From the IMG/VR virus record IMGVR_UViG_3300034093_003283: a DNA stretch of 64,000 nt. The stretch is one strand, 5' to 3'. Under the pieces are notes generated by a model. That model was not told the DNA's origin. It saw only the letters and a list, made by a program, of their open reading frames with translations, and did no database searches. Of the stretch, positions 1-8,450 are shown in pieces (position 1 is the first letter of the stretch; every line of letters starts with the position of its first letter). Source of the DNA: a virus. Position numbers and translations under genes: made by a program.

Positions 1-230
1 ACACCAATGAATTTCTCAGGAAAGAAATTGGTGATAAAGAACTGGTCAAATCATTTGATACCAGTACTGAAACTTTGGCAAACATTTGGAAAACCAAATA
101 TGCCAAAGGACGTATATCAATGTTGAAGAAAAAGAACAATGTATCTTATGAATCATTGTTCTATGATGACTTGATATACCTGTCTTGGGAAGAAACCAAG
201 GCAAAATATCTACCACAAGTTGGTAGATAA
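1..230 (+). CDS. 3' end of a gene truncated by the window edge (hypothetical protein)
   Basis: Frame 3 is open from the edge to TAA at 228-230 (...YDDLIYLSWEETKAKYLPQVGR*). Confidence 0.6.
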   Translation, partial: TNEFLRKEIGDKELVKSFDTSTETLANIWKTKYAKGRISMLKKKNNVSYESLFYDDLIYLSWEETKAKYLPQVGR

Positions 231-251
231 ACAAGTATACCGCAAATATAC

Positions 252-280
252 TTGACACACACACTAAGTAATAGTATAAT
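252..280 (+). promoter_or_regulatory. sigma70-type promoter
   Basis: TTGACA-N17-TATAAT. Confidence 0.8.
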
Positions 281-336
281 GTGAATTCTTGCACAACGCA
301 AGTACTTTGTTTAACTTTGTCATTAGGAGATTTATC

Positions 337-606
337 TTGACTAAACTATCCGCAAAAACCCGCATCCTTAATTTCTTGAACAAGAAAGAGGGATACAACA
401 CACTTTCGACCGCACAGGCTCGTGCTCGTTTCGGCATCCAAAACGTTGCCGCACGTATTGACGAACTCCGTCAAGAAGGTCATGTAATTTACACCAACAC
501 CAAATCCCGTGGTGATGGTAGCAAAGTTGCCGTGTATCGTATGGGCACACCAACCAAATCTATGGTTCGTGCTGCTATCAAAGCTGGTTACAGCTTCACT
601 GCCTAA
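337..606 (+). CDS. small winged helix-turn-helix DNA-binding protein
   Basis: AGGAGA RBS then TTG start; HTH-like LSTAQARARFGIQNVAARIDELRQEG. Confidence 0.7.
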   Translation: MTKLSAKTRILNFLNKKEGYNTLSTAQARARFGIQNVAARIDELRQEGHVIYTNTKSRGDGSKVAVYRMGTPTKSMVRAAIKAGYSFTA

Positions 607-618
607 TTAGGTGAATTG

Positions 619-656
619 TGGGGAGACCACTTCTAGTGGTACTCCCCTTTTTTTTT
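619..656 (+). terminator. intrinsic terminator
   Basis: GGGGAG-ACCAC...GTGGT-ACTCCCC hairpin followed by a T run. Confidence 0.8.
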
Positions 657-671
657 ATTTTTGGAGAGTAA

Positions 672-1490
672 ATGGAAATTTCAATTAAAAAAGAGGAACT
701 TCAAAAGAAAAGTATTTTTGTTGCGACACCAATGTATGGCGGCATGAATCATGGACTGTATGCGAAAGCTTGTCTTGATTTACAAGCCGTTTGTATGCAA
801 TATGGTGTGAGTGTGAAATTTTCATATCTTTTCAATGAGTCCCTAATCACTAGAGCAAGAAATTATCTCGTAGATGAATTTCTAAATCGTTCAGATTGTA
901 CACACATGTTGTTCATTGACGCTGACATTCATTTTGATCCTAAAGATGTTATTGCACTTCTGGCTTTGGATAAAGATGTTATTGGTGGACCTTATCCTAA
1001 GAAAGCCATTAAATGGTCTTCTGTTAAGAAAGCTATGACTAAAAATCCAGATATGGATGCTGGAAACTTGGACAAAGTTACAGGTGATTATGTATTTAAT
1101 CCTGTACGTGGTACTGATAAGTTCTCTGTTTCTGAACCACTTGAGGTTATGGAAATTGGAACTGGTTTTATGATGGTTAAACGTGAAGTGTTTCCTAAAT
1201 TTGCGGAATCATTCCCACAGTTGCGTTACAAACCAGATCATGTTGGCCAAGCTCACTTTGATGGTTCACGATACATTCATGCTTACTTTGATACAATGAT
1301 CGACACCGTAGATTCTGCAACAGGTGGTGGTTCTGACCGTTACCTATCAGAAGATTATATGTTCTGTCAGCTATGGCGCAAGACAGGCGGTTCGATTTGG
1401 TTGTGCCCTTGGATGCGTTTGGATCACATTGGAACATATCACTTCAAGGGAGATATGCCTGCCGTAGCAAACTTTGTTGGAGAAATGTGA
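672..1490 (+). CDS. GT-A fold glycosyltransferase-like protein
   Basis: ATPMYGG, ESLITRARN, FIDADI (DxD) and SEDY motifs. Confidence 0.7.
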   Translation: MEISIKKEELQKKSIFVATPMYGGMNHGLYAKACLDLQAVCMQYGVSVKFSYLFNESLITRARNYLVDEFLNRSDCTHMLFIDADIHFDPKDVIALLALDKDVIGGPYPKKAIKWSSVKKAMTKNPDMDAGNLDKVTGDYVFNPVRGTDKFSVSEPLEVMEIGTGFMMVKREVFPKFAESFPQLRYKPDHVGQAHFDGSRYIHAYFDTMIDTVDSATGGGSDRYLSEDYMFCQLWRKTGGSIWLCPWMRLDHIGTYHFKGDMPAVANFVGEM

Positions 1491-2143
1491 TGATTGTCGG
1501 CCTCGTAGGTTTCATTGGTTGCGGTAAAGGTACCGCTGGTGATATTTTAAAAGATGTTGGTTTTAAACAACTTAGTTTTGCCGGTGGTGTCAAAGATATT
1601 GCGGCAGTTATGTTTGATTGGCCAAGAGAGTACCTAGAGGGCGACACAAGCACATCCAGAGAGTGGCGGGAACAACCAGATAAATTCTGGTCTAAAAAAT
1701 TTGGCAAGGATTTTACACCACGATTAGCCCTACAGTTACTTGGTACTGAGGTTGGTCGTGGTATTTTCCATGAAAATTTTTGGGTCGATAGGTTAGAAAG
1801 ACTTATTGATAGAGAGAAAAATTATGTCATTACCGATGTACGATTTCAAAATGAAATTGATTTTGTGCATAAGAACGGTGGTGTTGTGGTTGAAGTCCAG
1901 CGTGGTATTACACCACACTGGTATGAAATTGCATCACAAGCAAATAGGGGTTCACATAAAGCCGAAAGTTTTATGTATGAAAATGGTCCACATGAATCTG
2001 AATGGAGATGGATAGGTGGTCATATTGACCACACCATTGACAATGATGGTACTGTGGAAGACTTGAAAAATAATTTAATAAAGTGCTTGACTCGTTCTTA
2101 CGGATCGAATACAATAAGTGAATTGACTGAAGGAGTATCGTAA
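1490..2143 (+). CDS. deoxynucleoside monophosphate kinase (T4 gp1-like)
   Basis: GFIGCGKGT P-loop, TPRLALQLLGTEVGR, ITDVRFQNE, HESE; start moved to ATG 1490. Confidence 0.9.
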   Translation: MIVGLVGFIGCGKGTAGDILKDVGFKQLSFAGGVKDIAAVMFDWPREYLEGDTSTSREWREQPDKFWSKKFGKDFTPRLALQLLGTEVGRGIFHENFWVDRLERLIDREKNYVITDVRFQNEIDFVHKNGGVVVEVQRGITPHWYEIASQANRGSHKAESFMYENGPHESEWRWIGGHIDHTIDNDGTVEDLKNNLIKCLTRSYGSNTISELTEGVS

Positions 2144-2820
2144 TGAAATTATCGAATGAGACCTTAACGGTTCTTAAAAACTTTGCCAACATTAATCCTG
2201 GCATTGAGTTTAAGACTGGTAAGAAATTGACAACCATTTCTGCAACCAAGACTGTCTTGGCAAAAGCCGGAATTAAAGATGACTTTCCACAAGACTTTTG
2301 TATCTATGATTTGAACCAATTTTTGTCGGTTCAATCCTTGTACAAAGACGGTGAAATTGATTTCGATAACGAACATGTTATCTTCAAGGTTGGTCGTAAG
2401 AAACTAAACTATCGCAAGACTGCAAAGAGCATGATTGTAACTCCACCAGATAAAGATTTAACTCTTCCTTCTATAGATGTTTCTTTCACACTAAAAGAAG
2501 ATGAATTGGCTTCTGTTCTTAAAACTGCAAGCATTCTACAATCACCAAATATTGCCATCACATCTGATGGTGAAAAGATTTACATTACAACTTGTGATTC
2601 GAAAGACAATTCTGCACATACCGATTCAACAGAAATTGCTGATGGTAATGGCAAAAAGTTTAAGGCATTATTCTTAACTGAAAACTTTAAGATGATCGCC
2701 GGTACCTATGAGGTACAAATTTCTTCAAAAGGATTATCCTATTTTAGAAATTCAAAAGAAGATATGCAATACTGGATTGCTATCGAAGCTAAAGAATCTG
2801 ATCTAACTTTTGGAGAATAA
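2143..2820 (+). CDS. gp45: sliding clamp
   Basis: MKLSNETLTVLKNFANINPGI and IYDLNQFLS are typical of gp45; synteny. Confidence 0.95.
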   Translation: MKLSNETLTVLKNFANINPGIEFKTGKKLTTISATKTVLAKAGIKDDFPQDFCIYDLNQFLSVQSLYKDGEIDFDNEHVIFKVGRKKLNYRKTAKSMIVTPPDKDLTLPSIDVSFTLKEDELASVLKTASILQSPNIAITSDGEKIYITTCDSKDNSAHTDSTEIADGNGKKFKALFLTENFKMIAGTYEVQISSKGLSYFRNSKEDMQYWIAIEAKESDLTFGE

Positions 2821-2821
2821 T

Positions 2822-3004
2822 ATGATTTGGATTACAGAATCAGCAAGCGGCAACAAGATTGCCGTTAATCCCACATACATTGTGGCCGTGTTCACCATTT
2901 CCGAAGGTGACCAAAAAGGTAAAACAGCAATCAATTTAACCAATGGTAATGTTGTTGTTGATGAATCTGATTATGATGTTATCGGAATGATTGTTGCAAA
3001 ATGA
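2822..3004 (+). CDS. small hypothetical protein (FlbD-like)
   Basis: GGAGA RBS; IAVNPTYI motif. Confidence 0.55.
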   Translation: MIWITESASGNKIAVNPTYIVAVFTISEGDQKGKTAINLTNGNVVVDESDYDVIGMIVAK

Positions 3005-3276
3005 CTAAAGTTAATACACTATTCGGTTCCTTTGATGATGAAGCATTGAAGAAACTCAAAGGTTATGTGGATGAAGCAGTTCACCACATGCACAAGAACG
3101 ATTCAAACAGTGCTGCAATCAAAGACATTATTGACCTTGCATATGATGAGTTGAAGATTCCTAAAAAGATTCTTAAACGCATGGCAAAAACACAACACAA
3201 GAATTCATTCCAAACTGAGGTTGCGGAATCTAAAGAATTTGAAGCACTATACGAAAGTATGGTTGAGGTGAAGTAA
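3001..3276 (+). CDS. double-stranded DNA-binding protein (T4 DsbA-like)
   Basis: IKDIIDLAYDELKIPKKILKRMAKTQHK...EALYE pattern. Confidence 0.75.
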   Translation: MTKVNTLFGSFDDEALKKLKGYVDEAVHHMHKNDSNSAAIKDIIDLAYDELKIPKKILKRMAKTQHKNSFQTEVAESKEFEALYESMVEVK

Positions 3277-3614
3277 TGCAACAGTTGGAGATTCAATTCT
3301 TTTATCCATTGACGGATCAAAAGACATTGGATTTGGATTTTACTCCAAGTGAACAATGGAATGTTGAACACCGAAAGAAATTGAATATTACTTATGGTGG
3401 CAATTTTTTGATTGGTAGTGGTGGCACTGGTCTTACTATATCATCGTCATCACCAACGGCAGGTTCTTTTGTTATAAGACCACCTTCTGTGAAAAATGTT
3501 GGTAAGTGGGAAATCACAGATTCTGTGTTTGTGTATAGACCCACTAAGCCAAATGCAGTCGTAAGATTTTTTGCCAAGTTACTGCTTGGCTTTAAATGGC
3601 ATGACGAAATTTAA
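3276..3614 (+). CDS. hypothetical protein
   Basis: Translationally coupled ORF. Confidence 0.6.
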   Translation: MQQLEIQFFYPLTDQKTLDLDFTPSEQWNVEHRKKLNITYGGNFLIGSGGTGLTISSSSPTAGSFVIRPPSVKNVGKWEITDSVFVYRPTKPNAVVRFFAKLLLGFKWHDEI

Positions 3615-3634
3615 TTATATTATGGAGAATTTGA

Positions 3635-4570
3635 ATGTCGCAACACATTTTGTGGGTGGAGAAGTATCGTCCTAAAACCATTGAAGATTGTATTCTTCCT
3701 GATGGTATCAAGTCAACATTTCAGGAGTATGTAAACCGTAAAGAGATTCCCAATCTCTTGTTGGCGGGTTCTGCTGGTGTCGGTAAAACTACAATTGCAA
3801 AGGCTCTCTGTGAAGAAGTCGGTTGTGATTATATTATGATTAACGGTTCAGATGAATCGGGTATCGATGTTCTACGGAACAAAATCAAAAACTACGCATC
3901 ATCCATGTCCTTGTCAGGCGGCCGCAAGGTTGTCATCATTGACGAAGCGGACTATCTAAATCCAAATTCAACTCAACCTGCCATGCGTGGTGCGATTGAG
4001 GAGTTTGCATCCAACTGTTCTTTCATCTTCACATGTAACTTTAAGAACAGAATCATTGATCCAATCCATTCTCGTTGTACTGTTGTTGACTTCAAAATCA
4101 ATGGCAGTAAACAAAAGATGGCTGCGGCTTTCTTTAAACGTGCTGAGTGGATTCTGGAACAAGAAGGTATAACCTACGACAAAGCCGTGGTCGCTGCCGT
4201 TATCACCAAACACTTTCCTGACAACCGCCGTGTTCTTAATGAATTGCAGCGTTACAGTGTTAGTGGTACAATCGACAAAGGCATTCTTGCATCGGTTTCT
4301 GATGTGCAGATGAATGAGCTGGTGTCTTCTATTATGAACAAGGACTTTGCTTCTTGTCGAAAATGGGTTACAAACAACCTCGACAATGACGTTACCAGAA
4401 TATTTAGAAACATCTATGATTCATTGTATGACAAATTAAAACCAAACTCTGTACCACAAATGGTTCTGATATTGGCCAAGTATCAATATCAATCGGCCTT
4501 TGTTGCAGACCATGAAATCAATTTGATTGCTTGTTTGACGGAACTTATGGTTGAATGTGAATTCAAATGA
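3635..4570 (+). CDS. gp44: clamp loader large subunit
   Basis: WVEKYRP, GSAGVGKTT, IIDEAD, HSRC. Confidence 0.97.
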   Translation: MSQHILWVEKYRPKTIEDCILPDGIKSTFQEYVNRKEIPNLLLAGSAGVGKTTIAKALCEEVGCDYIMINGSDESGIDVLRNKIKNYASSMSLSGGRKVVIIDEADYLNPNSTQPAMRGAIEEFASNCSFIFTCNFKNRIIDPIHSRCTVVDFKINGSKQKMAAAFFKRAEWILEQEGITYDKAVVAAVITKHFPDNRRVLNELQRYSVSGTIDKGILASVSDVQMNELVSSIMNKDFASCRKWVTNNLDNDVTRIFRNIYDSLYDKLKPNSVPQMVLILAKYQYQSAFVADHEINLIACLTELMVECEFK

Positions 4571-4956
4571 GTCCGTTCGACTATGCTGATTTCATCCTAA
4601 GAAAAAAGACACCAGAAGGTGACTTAGATTTCAAGGATTATGCTCCATTTCTAATCAACAGGTCTTTATCTAATCACCTGGATTGCGTGTTGTTTGTTAA
4701 CGAAATCAACATGTGGCCTGGTCTGGACAAGGACATGCAATACCAGTATCTTCTAAATAGTATCAGGCCCATGAAACGGAAGTTTGTTCCGTGGCAAAAA
4801 GCCGATTCTGATAGGAATATTGAGTGTGTGAAAATCTATTTTGGTTATTCAAACGCCAAGGCTAAAGAAGCCCTTCGTATTCTTACTGATGAACAAATCG
4901 CTGATATAAAAACAAAAATAGATACAGGCGGAGTGAAGAATAATGATAGACATTAA
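4567..4956 (+). CDS. gp62: clamp loader small subunit
   Basis: YAPFLINRSLS, YFGYSNAKAKEAL; follows gp44. Confidence 0.93.
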   Translation: MSPFDYADFILRKKTPEGDLDFKDYAPFLINRSLSNHLDCVLFVNEINMWPGLDKDMQYQYLLNSIRPMKRKFVPWQKADSDRNIECVKIYFGYSNAKAKEALRILTDEQIADIKTKIDTGGVKNNDRH

Positions 4957-5350
4957 AGACCTAGTTGAAGTGACATTGGATGAAAAAGATGATTTTTTAA
5001 AAGTTCGTGAAACACTGACACGGATCGGTGTTGCGTCCAAGAAGGACAAGACACTATATCAATCTTGCCACATACTCCACAAACGTGGTCAATACTATGT
5101 GGTACATTTCAAAGAGTTGTTTGCCCTAGATGGTAAACCAACCGACATTACCGAAAATGATCTATCACGTAGGAATGCTATTGCAAACCTATTGGAAGAT
5201 TGGGGTCTAGTAAAGATTGTCAACAAGAAACAGACCGAGGTACCTGCACCTATCTTTCTTTCACAGGTAAAGATTCTTTCTCATAAAGAGAAGAATGAGT
5301 GGCAATTAACTCCAAAGTACAATATTGGTAAAAAACCACAACCAGCTTGA
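4943..5350 (+). CDS. regA: translational repressor RegA
   Basis: DDFLKVRETLTRIG, LYQSCHILHK, VHFKELF. Confidence 0.97.
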   Translation: MIDIKDLVEVTLDEKDDFLKVRETLTRIGVASKKDKTLYQSCHILHKRGQYYVVHFKELFALDGKPTDITENDLSRRNAIANLLEDWGLVKIVNKKQTEVPAPIFLSQVKILSHKEKNEWQLTPKYNIGKKPQPA

Positions 5351-5375
5351 CAACCTGTATAAATAATACTATAAT
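5347..5375 (+). promoter_or_regulatory. sigma70 promoter with a nested T4 late promoter
   Basis: TTGACA-N17-TATAAT with TATAAATA at 5358-5365. Confidence 0.75.
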
Positions 5376-5380
5376 AATGG

Positions 5381-5437
5381 TGCCGTGCTCTTTGAGGCGG
5401 CAATTTTTTAATCTTGCTTTTTAAGGAGAAAACTATG
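5381..5437 (+). promoter_or_regulatory. ROSE-like RNA thermometer in the hsp20 5' UTR
   Basis: TCTTGCT pairs with the AGGAGA SD with a bulged G; upstream GC hairpin. Confidence 0.55.
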
Positions 5438-5875
5438 ACAGGATTACTGTTTCCAAAATTCGACCAACTGTACCCAAACATGATTGGTCTAGACCAGATT
5501 ACCGATATGTTGCAAGCTGCAACCAAAGATATTGCGAAATCTGTACCAACTTATCCCCCATACAATATCAAACAAATCAAAGACAACAAGTTCGTCATCG
5601 AAATGGCTGTTGCTGGATTTGGAAAATCTGATATTGAAATTACCATGGAAGGTAATAAGTTGGCCATCAAAGGTGCCTCTAAAGAGGATGATAACCAGGA
5701 CTATCTCTACAAAGGTATTGCCAACCGTGCATTTGAACGCACCTTCACATTGAAGGATACGATTGAAATTAAAAATGCTGAATTGGTTAATGGTATGCTT
5801 AAGGTGTGGTTGGAAAATATGGTGAAGGCTCAAGACGCCATCAAGAAAATTTCCATTCAAACAAAGGAAGACTAA
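5435..5875 (+). CDS. hsp20: small heat shock protein (IbpA/Hsp20)
   Basis: YPPYNI, EMAVAGF, YKGIANRAFERTF, NGML. Confidence 0.95.
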   Translation: MTGLLFPKFDQLYPNMIGLDQITDMLQAATKDIAKSVPTYPPYNIKQIKDNKFVIEMAVAGFGKSDIEITMEGNKLAIKGASKEDDNQDYLYKGIANRAFERTFTLKDTIEIKNAELVNGMLKVWLENMVKAQDAIKKISIQTKED

Positions 5876-5965
5876 TGTTTAAAAAACTATTTTCAAGTAT
5901 ATTGGAAGCCATAGAGGCTATCAAGAAACACAGGTCAGACCGTACCTTAAAAGGTAGATAACCAT

Positions 5966-5992
5966 AAGGGGTCTTGACAGACCCCTTTTTTT
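5966..5992 (+). terminator. intrinsic terminator
   Basis: AAGGGGTCT-TGAC-AGACCCCTT followed by Ts. Confidence 0.8.
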
Positions 5993-6011
5993 GTTGTATA
6001 ATGGTGTCATT

Positions 6012-6206
6012 ATGAAAACTGTTAAAACTTCCATTCGCAAATTACGCAACCGCTTGAACCCAAGTGAAATCTATTTTACTCAATCTGATTGGGATCCCAA
6101 AGAGATTGATGGTGTACTATTTCTGCCTGTGGCGGAACAGATACCTATTCCTAGAGGCCGCATGTTAAAATGGATGCGTAAAGATTCTTTAGAATATGTT
6201 AAATAA
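6012..6206 (+). CDS. hypothetical protein
   Basis: ORF downstream of a TTGACA/TATAAT pair. Confidence 0.55.
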   Translation: MKTVKTSIRKLRNRLNPSEIYFTQSDWDPKEIDGVLFLPVAEQIPIPRGRMLKWMRKDSLEYVK

Positions 6207-6207
6207 C

Positions 6208-6282
6208 GCCCATATAGCTTAATGGTAAAGCAGGGAACTCATAATTCCTTGAGTGGGGGTTCAATTCCCTCTGTGGGCACCA
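6208..6282 (+). tRNA. tRNA with CAU anticodon (Met or Ile2)
   Basis: Cloverleaf, loop CTCATAA, encoded CCA. Confidence 0.9.
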
Positions 6283-6296
6283 ATTGAAAGTGATAT

Positions 6297-6815
6297 GTGA
6301 AACAAAAATTTCGTGATGCTTATATGAAGGTGGCAGAGACTTTTGCAGAACTGTCTTCCGCCAGACGCCTTCATGTTGGCGCAATTATAGTGAAAGATGA
6401 TAGAATTATATCTATTGGATACAATGGTATGCCATCTGGTTGGGATAACAACTGTGAAGATAAAGAATACATGGACCAAACGGCGGGTGGTTGGTTGTCA
6501 CCTGAAGAAATTGAAGAACAGTGGCCATGGAGTGAACAACAGTTACCAAAAACTGAAGACCTTCCATGGCTTCGTTATAAGTTAAAAACAAAACCGGAGG
6601 TTCTTCATGCAGAAACTAATGCAATCGCTAAGCTGGCAAGATCGAATGAATCTGGCCTTGGGGCTCATCTCTTTGTTACTCATGCACCTTGTTTGGACTG
6701 TGCCAAGCTTGTTTACCAATCTGGTATCAATAGTGTTTATTATCGCAATAGTTATCGTATCCAAGATGGCTTACAATTCTTGGATAAAGCAGGAGTGAAA
6801 GTGGAAAAGATGTGA
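6297..6815 (+). CDS. cd: dCMP deaminase
   Basis: GYNG, HAETN and PCLDC zinc motifs. Confidence 0.93.
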   Translation: MKQKFRDAYMKVAETFAELSSARRLHVGAIIVKDDRIISIGYNGMPSGWDNNCEDKEYMDQTAGGWLSPEEIEEQWPWSEQQLPKTEDLPWLRYKLKTKPEVLHAETNAIAKLARSNESGLGAHLFVTHAPCLDCAKLVYQSGINSVYYRNSYRIQDGLQFLDKAGVKVEKM

Positions 6816-6858
6816 ATCTCTAAATAAGCCTGGGACATTATTGTCCAAAGGAGTTCCC

Positions 6859-7371
6859 ATGCGTGTTAGGGTAGTGAATTGTCCAGACAAAGACTTCAAG
6901 CCTTTTGTAGAAAGAGCTGCCCAATTCTACGCCAAAGAACTTGTGCCTAACACCAGAATACGAAACAACTGTTTTACTGAAATTAAATTTGATGAATCCA
7001 TACAAGAATATGGGTTTGCAAGTGTTAAAGAATACAATACAAGAAACAAACCAAGACAATTTTTGATAGAGATTCATCCAGGCATTGGGTCCAGAAGAAT
7101 ACTAGAAACACTGGCCCATGAAATGGTTCATGTCAAACAGTACATTCAAAATGAAACCAACGACCAGCTGACCAAGTGGCGGGGTAAAAGGATCAATTCT
7201 GACAAAGTGGACTATTGGGTGCAACCATGGGAAATAGATGCATATGGCCGTGAGACTGGACTACTAACAAAGTTTGCAATTTCAGAACATCTCTGGGAAA
7301 TATTTGAAGATTTTGTTAACCCTGGAGAACCAATAGTTAAACAATCAATCCGTTGGAAAATAAAATCTTAA
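6859..7371 (+). CDS. zincin-like metalloprotease (HExxH)
   Basis: TLAHEMVHVKQY, PWEIDAY. Confidence 0.75.
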   Translation: MRVRVVNCPDKDFKPFVERAAQFYAKELVPNTRIRNNCFTEIKFDESIQEYGFASVKEYNTRNKPRQFLIEIHPGIGSRRILETLAHEMVHVKQYIQNETNDQLTKWRGKRINSDKVDYWVQPWEIDAYGRETGLLTKFAISEHLWEIFEDFVNPGEPIVKQSIRWKIKS

Positions 7372-7391
7372 AAATATTTTTAAAAAACCGC

Positions 7392-7419
7392 TTGCCAAGG
7401 CTCAAAGTTTACTATATAA
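7392..7419 (+). promoter_or_regulatory. promoter for the leader and tRNA operon
   Basis: TTGCCA-N16-TATAAT. Confidence 0.7.
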
Positions 7420-7452
7420 TACAAACATATTTAATTTTTTAGAAAGAAAAAA

Positions 7453-7572
7453 GTGTCTCTCATATCCCATAAGCCCTTTACGTTACAACTAGAGTATCGC
7501 ACAATGAATTGCGCCGATAGCTCATGGGCGATTACAACCGGGTTTTGTGTAGATGAGGGATGGGACGGATAA
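7453..7572 (+). CDS. putative attenuator leader peptide, 39 aa, containing all 20 amino acids
   Basis: GTG...TAA, MSLISHKPFTLQLEYRTMNCADSSWAITTGFCVDEGWDG; AGAAAG upstream; overlaps the antiterminator strand. Confidence 0.7.
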   Translation: MSLISHKPFTLQLEYRTMNCADSSWAITTGFCVDEGWDG

Positions 7573-7599
7573 AAAAGTTCTAAAAAAGACTCCAAACAC

Positions 7600-7636
7600 A
7601 AGACCCTAGACCTAAAAAATCTAGGGTTTTTTGTTT
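7600..7636 (+). terminator. attenuator terminator upstream of the tRNA array
   Basis: AAGACCCTAGA / TCTAGGGTTTT stem with a T-rich tail; its 5' arm can instead pair with 7540-7550. Confidence 0.8.
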
Positions 7637-7708
7637 GTTGTTTCAATACAACACAGTGGTTGCCAGAATCTTTGGTTCTGATACAATACACACTTGTTCT
7701 TTAAAAAT
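7636..7708 (+). promoter_or_regulatory. TGTTG-N8-CAACA site, promoter and boxA-like element
   Basis: Palindrome 7636-7653; TTGCCA-N16-TACAAT 7660-7687; TGTTCTTTAAAAA. Confidence 0.7.
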
Positions 7709-7722
7709 TTGTTGTAGTTTAT

Positions 7723-7796
7723 TCCCGAATGGTGTAGTGGCAGCACAGCAGACTTTGACTCTGTTAGTATAAGTTCGATTCTTATTTCGGGTGCCA
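7723..7796 (+). tRNA. tRNA-Gln(TTG)
   Basis: Cloverleaf, CCA. Confidence 0.9.
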
Positions 7797-7888
7797 TATT
7801 CAAACACATTATAGTGACGCATGAGCAGGTCACCAACTTCCGCTGGTTACGACAATCGTAAGTGAGTGAAGATAGTGTGTTTCAATAT
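7797..7888 (+). ncRNA. structured spacer RNA closed by an AAACACATT/AGTGTGTTT stem
   Basis: Terminal inverted repeat and internal hairpins. Confidence 0.5.
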
Positions 7889-7981
7889 GGAAGATAATGC
7901 AGGTGGGATGGTCCGCCGACTAGCCTTGAAAACTAGGTTCTCTCAAAAAGGGATGGGGTTCGACTCCTCTGTCTTCCGCCA
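7889..7981 (+). tRNA. tRNA-Ser(TGA)
   Basis: Long variable arm, G73, CCA. Confidence 0.9.
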
Positions 7982-7989
7982 AATTTTAA

Positions 7990-8063
7990 CTGGGTATATG
8001 ATAGTGGCAGTCGCCGAGGTTTGGAACCTTGTAGTGCAAGTTCGATTCTTGCTACCCAGACCA
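7990..8063 (+). tRNA. tRNA-Pro(TGG), atypical with A37
   Basis: Loop TTTGGAA, CCA. Confidence 0.8.
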
Positions 8064-8068
8064 AAAAC

Positions 8069-8158
8069 GGAGAGTGGGCAGGATGGTAATGCAGCGGATT
8101 GCTAATCCGTAGGCTCATGAAAGTGGGCCACAGGGTTCGACTCCCTGACTCTCCACCA
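8069..8158 (+). tRNA. tRNA-Ser(GCT)
   Basis: Long variable arm, CCA. Confidence 0.9.
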
Positions 8159-8160
8159 AT

Positions 8161-8252
8161 GCCAGCGAGACTTGGTAGTCAGAGAGGTCTTATACACCTT
8201 TTAGCGCCAGATTAGCGTTCTTGATAGGGTTCGATTCCCTACGCTGGTACCA
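8161..8252 (+). tRNA. atypical tRNA with UAU anticodon and long variable arm
   Basis: GCCAGCG/CGCTGGT acceptor, loop CTTATAC, TTCGATT T-loop, ACCA. Confidence 0.75.
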
Positions 8253-8260
8253 GATTTTAT

Positions 8261-8336
8261 GTTGGTGTGACCCGAATGGCTAGGGAGCAGATTGCAAATC
8301 TGTTATATGCAGGTTCAAATCCTGTCACCAACTCCA
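8261..8336 (+). tRNA. tRNA-Cys(GCA)
   Basis: Cloverleaf, U73, CCA. Confidence 0.9.
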
Positions 8337-8340
8337 AACA

Positions 8341-8446
8341 TGTTGTAGAAATACAACAGTGCTGGTTGACAAAAGATGTGGTTGTGTTATACTTCATACA
8401 TGAATTGAGAAATCAATCAAACGTTCTTTAAAAATTTGTTGTAGTT
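8341..8446 (+). promoter_or_regulatory. TGTTG-N8-CAACA site, promoter and boxA-like element
   Basis: Palindrome 8341-8358; TTGACA-N17-TATACT; CGTTCTTTAAAAATTTGTTGTAGTT. Confidence 0.75.
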
Positions 8447-8450
8447 AATT

